Under the pieces are notes generated by a model. That model saw only the letters and a list, made by a program, of their open reading frames with translations. It searched no databases and was not told the DNA's origin. Positions 53,801 to 64,000 of a DNA stretch of 64,000 nucleotides are shown piece after piece. This DNA comes from Dimorphilus gyrociliatus (lineage: Eukaryota > Animalia > Annelida). Within the stretch, counting starts at the first letter, position 1; each line of letters begins with the position of its first letter. The stretch spans positions 86,793 to 150,792 of the forward strand of contig CAJFCJ010000007.1 in NCBI GenBank assembly GCA_904063045.1, in the 5' to 3' direction. The position numbers and the translations under genes were made by a program.

Positions 53801-56065
53801 TATCAAACGGAATTGTATACATATGTATTCCATCTATACATAGTTATTAGTTTGTATGAATACGTATATATACATATATATACTCGTAACTATAAATATT
53901 AAAATAAATGTAAAAGCCTATATATGTATTTACGCCTATATTCCATTTAGATGACCAACGACTTTGTGCATTTTCTAATGCAATATTTAAATTAAATAGG
54001 TCATAATATAATATATTTTCCCCTTTACCTTCTACTATTTATTTTTATCTTGTTAAGCTATCCACTTTCGGTCAACCTAGTGTTAGGGTTGTGCTAAGGG
54101 ACTAGTTCGTTTTGCCTCGATGAAAAGAGCGTCTTTTGAAGGGCTATAAATATCTGAAAGTGATATAACGAAACGGATAGGCGTTATTCAAATAGTATCT
54201 TTGGTGCTACTTAAAAATTAGACCTATTTATTTCCTCTTTATAGTAGCATATGTGATAAAAGTACTTTGAGTCTATCGTCAATCTTTCATCATTTTACCT
54301 AATCACTTAAAAATGATTCTTATCGTAATAAAAGAGTATAGATTGAAAAATATGTTATTAGAAATACGAAGCTTTTAGTATTAAAGATAATTAAGGAGGT
54401 CTCTCGATTGTCGCAGAACCTACAAAAGAACTCAATTATCCTTGAAAAGTAATTAATAAAAACAGCTATTATTATCTCAATAATTATTTCATGAAAATTA
54501 ATTTTGTAAAAACATTCATTGGATTAAGAAGGCTATTTTTATATTATTTATGATGAATACTAAATATATATGTACTGTAGAACTGTAATCATCACAGTTC
54601 TACAGTATTTAGCAAGTCAAATACAAATGCGTTGTAATATCTTCAACAGTCAGAATACAGTCAAGCAAAACCATTTTCCGCCTTATTCGTTATTTTCTTC
54701 ACAGGTTTCCAGTTAATCATCAAAGCCGTTTCTAGGTAAATAAAGCTTCAATCCTGAAAATTATAGTCAAACTGAAAATTGATTAGTTTATACCAAAAAT
54801 AACTATTAAGCGTTTGGTATTTTAGAATATACTTTACTATTTATTTGTTTCTTTTTTCAGTGTCTATTAATAGTTTATTGTGTTTGTTCCCTTCGAAAAA
54901 AATAAAACAGAAAAATACCAGAAAAAATGCTTATACTGTATGTACTTGGTTATCTCCTCACATCCTAGGAAATATGATTTTGGTTCCTTTAGGTTCTGTA
55001 AAGCCTTTGGTAATTGGAAGAAAATTACCGCCAATAAAGTCTTTTCTATACATGCAAAATGTCTTGAAAACTTATTGATTAATCTCTGATAAATCAGGTC
55101 ATTTAATTGAAAATATATAAAATAGCCGTGGGTTCAACTGGAGAGAGTAGTGAAAAAATTGTTAAACTCCTATTGTTAATTATTCTTCAAAAGATTTTTT
55201 TTTTTTAAAATCAATTGAGAATAAATGAATTAGAGTATAATTAATATCGAGTTTTTCGTTTCTTCCATTTATCTTCATTAATGTATGCACAAACTATCTG
55301 TTTACAGTGTATCTATTTAGAATGTAGTTGTATCTAATGTATACACTATATATTGTATATATTTAATATACTATTATATAGTGTATCTAGGTTACTATAA
55401 CTCTTTGTATCTTTAAATTATAGTATATATGTTATTGTTATAAATTACGTTTTGCATTATCTACGTGTAGACTAGCATGTATAGTTATATAGGTACAGTA
55501 TATGGATATGCTTTATATTTATTTATCTATTTTATTTACTCGTTTATTCATTTGTTACATAACTTTTTCGCAATTTTTAAGTAGAATGTGATTTATTCTC
55601 ATAAGGTGAAAATTTTTCCTACTTCATCGATTAGATCTTTAGTAATGAGCGTATTTAATTAAAAGAGAATTTTGTCGAGTACTTCTCTTTTTCCCTTAAA
55701 ATCGATAATCGACAATTCGCCAACTCGAATGCCGGAATGTCTAGACTTATCTAATTCCCAGCAGACCTACGTATGTTGACAGTAATGGTCTTTGAAGGAT
55801 TGATAATGTGATTTTTTCCGCGCTATATCTTCGCCTTTCGCAGAAAAAGTAAGAAGTTGAATAAAGGAACAAAAAGGCCTATGCGTATGCCCTTTTTTAC
55901 GCCTTAACGTTTTCTGACGATTATTCTTTGATTTCTCTCAAAGGAACCTTACAAAGTTTCTTTTCTTTTCTTATCTTATTGAAAATCGCGTGAGAAACGG
56001 TCGCTCTACTAATCAACTATGCAAGACGAGTAGCACTGAATAAAGCACTTAACAAGGCGTCAACC

Positions 56066-56476
56066 ATGCTAGGTTAATTGTAGTTGAGATGGTTGCTGTT
56101 TGTTCTGCATGATTTACAACTGACATAAGCTAATGGCTCTAAAAATTTTCAGCTTCGATTCTTCTTCTCTCCCTTGCCACCACGACACTCTCCGTTGCTT
56201 TAACTGGTAAGTAAGACAATTCATTTTGCCTATGAAGCTATTAACTATATTAGTACAAGTATGGAAAGTCTTTTTTTTTTTTACAAATATCTCAGTATTA
56301 TGGTCGGCTGGGTTTTGTACAAAGTGACATCTATTAGGAAAGATGAAAAAGTATCTTATGCTTCCATCTAGTGAATGTTTTCTTCATAATAATAAATATT
56401 GCAACATTATTTTAAAAACATGCACGAGTACTTTATATTAGTATGTTATATTCTACTATAACGTAGATTGTACACA

Positions 56477-56520
<44 letters not shown>

Positions 56521-58714
56521 CAAACAAATATACAGACATCCTTTTGGTGTTTTCCAAATATTAAAATCTTCTTCTCTTCTCTTTTGTATATAAATTTTTT
56601 ATTTAAATATAGCTACCTTAGGGCTTTTGTAGTCGCCTTAATGAGACACTAATCAGTAAGGGATAAATGAAATATTCATGAAATTTAACTAACCAGGTCC
56701 CGAAATTTGTCAATATTAAGCATTCACTTAATGTGTTACTGCTAGGAGTTAGAAACTTTAATTCCAATGAGATTTCCTTTTTTCCTTTTGACTATATTTA
56801 AAAATAGAAAACAAAGGAAAATAAGAAAAATAGACAGAAAACTTTTTATAGAAACACGACAACGTAAATATTTTTTATATAAATAAAAGAAGGGAAAAAT
56901 ATTTACAAAGTTGTTACATTAAATATATAAAACTAGCAACAAAATGAAAAAGTCTTGGAGAATCTCTCCTTTTCTTCTTTTTTTTTTAAGGTTTTAAACC
57001 TTAGGTAAATCCATTAAAATACTTTTATTTCACACGTAAATATCAAAACTACCAATATTAGTAATAAATTTCTTTTAGTTATTTGAGATTATGATTATAT
57101 TGTGTAGAATGTCCGAAGGAAATATTAGTATTTCTGTCATATTCATCAAAATCTCTTTCTTTTTTTGTTTTATCACTTTTATCACCTTCTTATTGCTATC
57201 ACCATGTTTTCTTTTTTCTTGTTTTCATTTACTCAGTCAATGCATCTTTTCTCCTTTTATTCCATTTTTTCTTTCGAAATGTACGTAGATGTGAGGAATA
57301 GATAGACTAATCAATTCTGTACGAAGAAAGAGGGAAATATCATATTTAGTTATTTGTTCATAGATAGAAAGAAAAATATAAAAGAGAGTATTTCCTTTCA
57401 CTAAGTTGAAAAATTACTAAAGTTAAAAGATTTTATTTTATAATTAAAAAAAAAAACAATAAATTGAATGAAGTAAAAATAAGTTGAAGAATAGATAAAA
57501 AATATACAGAAGAAAAGCTTAAAAGACAGTTTATCTTCATGATTTAAACGTAATAAAAGACTTGGTTGTAAATCATCTTCGTCATACCTGAAACTAATTT
57601 TTTTTATTATTAATAAAACTATTTTTTCCGTCAGTTTCTTTCTTCTTTTGTTATCTTTAGCAGCTAAAGACAAAAATGCGTGTATGCAGTAAATATTTGC
57701 ATTTGACGCATATGCTATATATAGCCTTAGTTTAAAATTAGTAGAAATGTATATAGTACACTATTTACTTGAATGGAAATAAATATATAAACTATATTGT
57801 TCAAATAGTATATTTAACGCTTTTGTATAAATAAATACATAAAATTCTATACATATGTACTTGTATATGGAGTATTTATAGATATTTAGCTAAAGTTTCT
57901 TTTCTTTCTATCCCATTAATGATAGTTTCATTAATTAATAATAGACAAACTCCTTGATAAATTTGAAAGAAATCTGTTTTCTTTCCCCTTGAAAAATGGA
58001 TGTAAAGTGTAAAACATACAAAAGAATATGTGCAGGTAAAAAAAGGAGGCAGGGATGGATGGGGGGGATAGAGGTTAATTGACTTTAGAAATATCTTCTT
58101 TTAAGAAAATGTCTCTATCCCAGATTTTTTATAATAAAGCCGATTATATTATTTAATATATATATCAGCCTTTATTTTCCTTTTAGACCGACCACACGTC
58201 CGAAGACATTCGAATAAGCACCAAAACAGGATCCGCTCCGTTCAAACACAGGTTAGTTCGAGTAGGTCAAAGAACGGAACCGGAGATATGCCGTGTACAG
58301 CAGCAATTGGTCGAAAAAAATGTCCGGATGGTCGGTGTATATTGTTAAAGGCCTCATGTAGTAAGTTATTTAATATTTTAAGAACATGAATTGCTTGTTT
58401 ATTAGCCATAGTAAGAGAAATACTGTGGGATGACACAGCATCAATTGTTACTTAGATTAGTTTATTGTCGTAGCGCCAGCTTATCAATTTCAGAACCTTT
58501 TAGTTGTAATGATTTACGACCATTTTACCCCCTGCCGTCTTTCTGCTTTCCAGGATGCAAAGTTGGAGATTACATGCAGTATTGCGAGAACTTGGATAAA
58601 TGTAAACTGTATCATGAAAGCTGTAATGAACCCTGTCAATTGGAGACCGATGTCCCATGTCCAGGACATAAAAACCTATGCTCTAAGACTTTAGAAGAAT
58701 GTCGTAAGTGTTGA
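56066..58714 (+). CDS. Secreted protein with a signal peptide, a basic pro-like segment and three 4-Cys repeats; 3' end uncertain
   Basis: Exons are 56066-56072 (CAACCATG context), 56153-56206, 58187-58360, and 58494 (or 58554) to 58703; all junctions are phase 1. The product reads MLASILLLSLATTTLSVALT-DRPHVRRH...PCTAAIGRKKCPDGRCILLKASC...CKVGDYMQYCENLDKCKLYHESC-NEPCQLETDVPCPGHKNLCSKTLEEC. A GTAAGT donor lies at 58704; read-through stops at 58714. Confidence 0.72.
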
Positions 58715-60686
58715 AAATTTTCATTTCTCTTTCCAAAGTTTACACCATGTGGCGCTGTCTGTTGCTCCACAAATTATCCATTCAGGGGATGGGAGCCATT
58801 CGTCAATCGTTCCTTACATTGGGCGATTAAATAGAGGAAGGGTTAGCTTAAGGACCATATAAAAGTTTAAAGGTTTTAGGTTTGAAATTCATTCAATTAT
58901 GGTTTCTTCTCTATTCTTAAGTAAACTCTAGATGAATAATCTAGATATAAATAAATAAGTGTGTGCATAAAAATTTATGTATAACTTATTCAAAGAAGAT
59001 AAAAACGTATTAAATAGAAAAATACCGGGATTTTACTCCAAGAGTATCGTAATTTATTCATGAAAGTGGGTGTTCTATAACTTCTTTAGCTAATTCAGTT
59101 GTTCAGAGTAGATCGATAATGCTTTTAAGAATTACTCACTCCCTGATTTGAAACATACCCTATAAATATTTTAAACTAATTAATAATCAAAGTATTGAAT
59201 GTTTAATGACTTTAAAGCTTTCTAACACTAAACTGTATTATTTTTTACACGAAAATAGCTATAGAGTTTAGATTTTCGCTCTGTATGAAGGTTCGTCTTG
59301 TATATTTGGCAGTTAAAATATTACAAATTGTAAACGCTAATTACCATAAAGGAGCATCTCTAATCAGATTTATATAAGCAGGCGTCTGCCAGTCCTTATT
59401 TGTCAACAGTATAGTCCTGAAGGCATTGTGTTTATTTTATGATCCGGTTACTCCTTGTTAACTTCATTTAGCTAAAGTTTATTTATAACGCGTCAACAAT
59501 CGAAAGGAATCGAAAGTTTTTCTTTCTTTCCTCTTTTACTTTTTAAGAGAATAAACGATGTCTCCGTAAGTCGTCAAGGGAAAAAGAATAAAAATTAAGT
59601 TATATTTCATTTTTTTATCTTATAATTTAAACGCAATTTTTGGAACTATCTGGGGTTTCACTTTTTATTATATTCAAAAACAAGGAATTGATATGAATAG
59701 GAGAGAGGAAGAGAAGGGAAAAAAATATGAAAAAAAAGAAAAGGAACCGGTAATCAATCTTGGCATCAGGACGGTAGTGGAACGAGGGAAAAATTGATCT
59801 GGATAAAAATTCCCCATCTTCTGCCTGTCAATTTTTCCAATTCTCTCCACGAATTCCGGCGGTTTTTCCCTCATTTTTTACGGTAGCTCGAGAGGATTTG
59901 AAGATGTGAATACGATTTAGGAGCGGTGCGCTTGACTGATAGTCTCCTGCGAATGTCGGCTTTGTCAATTTTTGGACCAATTCTCCAGTTTGCATATTTT
60001 AGAAAGGAAATTTAAAATTCTGTATAGATTGTTGAGGCGATATTTTATGCTAATTCGTATCCATACTAACCGTTCCAGTCAATTTACAAGCTTCTGATTA
60101 TTTGTCCACTTGACTGATCAACAACTTGTCGTTGTAGAGATTTCTCTAAGAACTTACCAAACGTGCCCAAATACATAGTGTTGACATAGTATCCAATTGC
60201 CTGAATTTACACTTGCCATTGGAAGTCTCTTTTTCAATTTAAGATATCAATGCTGAAGTAGGAAAGTTTCTCATACTTTTTCTCTCATTCTTTTCTAACT
60301 TGATTTCAGTAGGACTTTTTTTATGCCTAATTTTATTCACAATCATTACTCCTTTTGATGATTATGCTTGGTAATTTTGTCTTAGATCTTCCAATTTCTA
60401 AAAAGGAAGCATCTTTAGCAAGTTGAGAGGAATTCTGTCAAGTAAACGAAAACTAATAATATAAAGATTCGTTATCACAACAGTCTGATCAAGTATATTT
60501 CCACTCGAAAATACTTGTAAACTTTCAGTCGTATTCTACTTTTTTTAAGAGCAGAAATTCGTACTACAAACACCAATTAATATACTGAAACTAGCAATAA
60601 TGTATAGACCAAATATTGCCAACTGGCTAAAGAATGTTTCTCCAATTCCACCTATACACTATCCAACATAAAACGCCTGAAAAAGA

Positions 60687-60720
<34 letters not shown>

Positions 60721-61055
60721 TATAATGCTCATTCATTTTAAATGTTTTCAGTACCTTGTGACAGCACAAACGGAAATTAAAAAATCGAAGACGGGCAATA
60801 AAAACTAATTACTTGATAATTCCTAAAAGAGCGTCTATTTAAGTAATCTTATTCTAACTTTAATGCTATGGATAAATTCGTAAAAGTTTTAATGAAAGCA
60901 TCCTAATTGGCTATTAGAATCGATTCTGTTCATTCATTAAGTGGCTTTTTTCTCCCTTTTTTTCTGTAAAATTAATGCTTTTTTTTTGATAAAAAAAGTT
61001 TTAAACTTGTATAAAAGATATAAATTTATATATATATATATATGAGTAACACATG

Positions 61056-61086
<31 letters not shown>

Positions 61087-62269
61087 TAACTATATATATA
61101 TATATATATATCTTTTCTATAGTTATTTTTAACTATAGATTTAGAAAGTGTACAAAAACGTCAATATATTGTCGCCAACCGCCTTAAAAAACAATTATTG
61201 TTAAAAATTTAAAAATTTTACCATTAAATCTTAATTGTTTAATTATTTATGTCTTGTAAAAAAATGTCAATAGTATATAATATTGTCTCTTATTCTCTTT
61301 AATATCTTTATTTCATATTATAAATCAAGTAATATATCCAGTATAAATACATATAACTGTATATACAGTACATACTGTATATATTAGTATAAATGTATAA
61401 ATAGACGTCCTTTTTGTATATTTAAAATATGTACTTATATAGATACATTTATTATGAATATGAAAAAATAATAAAAATGAATGAAGGGAACAAGAAATAA
61501 AAAACAAATTTAATATAAAAAGGTGGATACCAAAGAAACATAGTGTATAATTGTTTTATATAAAAATTGAATATTTCAAAGAATAAGGAAACAATAATAA
61601 CAATAATTATTTATAAGCCTATATTAACCCTTTATATTTAAAATACAACGGAAAGGAAGGAAGATTATTATGTAATGGTATAAATATTTAAAAGTAATTA
61701 TAAAAAGTGTTATATAATAAACATAAAATATGCTTTTCATTTTATATATAAAAAATCGTTAAACCTCTCCCCCCATTACACTCCTATCCAAACTCCCTCT
61801 CTCCCTTTGACCGATAGAAATTGTAAATCCTTCGGAAAGGAAGCCAATAATTACTATAAAAAGAAATTAAAATAGATAAGCGGAAACTCTAAGTGCCTGT
61901 AGTCATAATCGAAACTATCAATGAAAGGTTCGCCTTTAAAGATAACTGAATCTTTTTCCCATTAAGAAATCAAAATAAGACCAAAAGTGGGAAGGTGAGA
62001 TAGCATTGCAAGTTAGTGTAAGGTAAACTTTGTCGTCTTTTTTCCTTTTTTCTTTTGTTAAATAGGAAGAAGAAGAAAATTGAAAGAGAGATGGAAAAAT
62101 CGAATGACGTCAAAGGAAAGAGAGGGAATCTCACGCGAGCGAACGTTTTATTAGGTCCTAATTACAGCTTCGGTTTTTACTCGGAATTGTTTAAGAGCCC
62201 ACTAACATGCTACTTTTTTGTTTGTCCAAATTTCTTTTTGCGCCACCTAAAAGAAAATACTTAAGTAGC

Positions 62270-62470
62270 ATTTGGACAAATGGAAGGCGACGTTGCGCGC
62301 TTAAAACCGTCGGAAACGGGTAAAGTTAGTTTACCTTCCGCTCGCCTTCCGACCGCCTTTCGATTTTTTTCCCAGCTGATCACGTGATAGGGCCCGAGAA
62401 ATTTTTCTCTCCGCAACCGGTTAACCTTTAGACCAATCGATATAGTGAGACTTTTTTCGAGCTCGTCACT
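62270..62470. promoter_or_regulatory. CpG/GC-rich promoter-like patch with a palindromic E-box
   Basis: Locally high CpG density (e.g. GGCGACGTTGCGCGC), ATCACGTGAT at 62379-62388, and splice-donor-like sites on both strands. A second ATCACGTGAC is at 63062 and an X-box match GTTGCTTAACAAC at 62913-62925. No coding exon was found. Confidence 0.4.
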
Positions 62471-64000
62471 TCACTGTTAGAGTTTATTCATGCAGGACAT
62501 TAGCTTGCTATTTTTATACACCAGGGCATCTGGAATAAAATTTGGTCTATAAATTTTACTCTCTTTTTTTTCAGTTTGTTCCGCGTCCTGAGTTTATGAG
62601 TATTTTCTCCCTTCGGCCATTTTAAATTATTCCAAGGTCACGATTAGTTTTTTTTTACTCCCTTCAACATTAAATATTGGTACAAGTCAACTAATTTTAT
62701 AGAAGAAAGAAACAAGTTCGAAGAATCTTTATATAGAGTCTATTTCCATGATTTCTTACGTGACAGCTTATTATCTTTTACAGAATTTGACACTATCTTT
62801 AACTTGCCTTTTTCCAGTGTCGAACGCATGAAAAACTTAAATGAAAATGATAGAGGAATTTTTCTATCAGTTTTAATGGCTTTGTTTTTCGACAGTTTCA
62901 GTCTATCTTTCCGTTGCTTAACAACATTCTTTAGGCTAAAGGAAAGAACTTTATAGGAAAAAATTCTTAATAAACTCGCATTTCTTTCATATTAATTCCC
63001 TCCTTTCATTTATCATTTTAATTACATAATCGTTACATTCCGTTTCAGTTGATAATTAGCTATCACGTGACTGTAAAATTAATCCATGTCCGTCTGCCAA
63101 GCGGCTATGATGTTTAGTCAATCAATTTAGTTAATATTTGCCCGCCCGAACGAGTATAAATTTATTCATGTAAGCCTTCAATAGCATGTGCATATACAGA
63201 ACGGCGTGTGTGTACGTTTTGCAGTAGATTAATAATCCTTTCATCTTGCTTCGTAATAAATAATTATTTATGATGCCCCTAGAAAGCTCCATTCAAGCTG
63301 AACGTTAAAAATTCAAGCTAATATAATTGATAACCCTTTTCCCTATTATTTTACCTAGTTTCCATACAGGGAGAAAAAGCATACAAATTGACATTACAAA
63401 GATATTTTTACAAGAATAAGGTAAAGATATTCTTAAAAAAGGAAAGGACACGCCTTCAGACATCAAAATATACACTACTCCTTTACTAAAAATAGAAGTT
63501 TACTAAAAATATGCCTAAGTAGAAAATACCTTAAATAACACTCGACTCTAAATGGAATGATCTTTTATCAAGCGAAAAGCTAAAAAGAGCAGTTTCATTT
63601 CCTACTAAAAATGCTTCTGAGAAAGGCCATGTTTTTTTCTAAGCCACCTGTAATTCCTATCTTACTGTACTCCTTTTTATTTGCTTATTACAAGTTTATT
63701 GGGAAAAACATAGAACTAACATGTCACTAGATAAGAGAACTTATTTGCCTTAAAGATCCCTGTCTATATCTTTTACGTTACACAAGAGAGAAATATCCCA
63801 GGCGCAAAAACAGATGGTTTTAACTTGGATTTACTGACAAACCTCCCAAAAATCTCTTTCATGTTTCCAACCACCCACAAAAACTACTCATCTATCGAAA
63901 AAAAATTTCATTCCCAATTGGTTCTTTATTTAACTTTAAGCCTACGTGTGAGATTGATAAAAAAAGTATAAAGATTATGTTTTATATGGGAAAAAGACCA

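Noticed and set aside
1-64000. tRNA, rRNA, snRNA, CRISPR arrays, intact transposons and miRNA hairpins
   Set aside because: None recognised by eye. The short hairpins seen (e.g. near 6978-7000 and 53311-53340) are AT-rich and too short. A covariance-model search (Infernal/tRNAscan) would be needed to exclude small RNAs.

Overview
AT-rich (roughly 25-30% GC by eye) animal genomic DNA with compact genes, many short introns (56-90 bp) and abundant (TA)n/(CT)n microsatellites. This resembles a compact invertebrate bilaterian genome; the species cannot be determined here. Seven spliced or single-exon genes were assembled by hand with consistent splice phases. (1) A 3-exon vasopressin/oxytocin-family receptor (minus strand, 483-6638). 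(2) A 15-exon DUF4587 (C21orf58/PRR29-type motif) gene (15165-21163), with a 374-codon acidic ORF nested in one intron. (3) A 61-aa single-pass membrane microprotein absent from the ORF track (24686-24959). (4) A 2-exon GPR21/GPR52-like orphan GPCR (31955-33009). (5) An intronless uncharacterised gene ending in a CRYLR motif (minus strand, 34982-35689). (6) A 2-exon sclerostin/SOSTDC1-like cystine-knot protein (41461-45571). (7) A secreted protein with three 4-cysteine repeats, only fragments of which appear in the ORF track (56066 to about 58714). Non-coding signals are a decayed non-LTR reverse transcriptase, many TACAGTA/TACTGTA motifs matching Tc1/mariner excision footprints, recurrent CTCF-like motifs (two divergent pairs) and RFX X-box-like sites. 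No rRNA, tRNA, CRISPR array or intact transposon was recognised. I cannot claim a wholly new biological system; the best leads are listed as findings.
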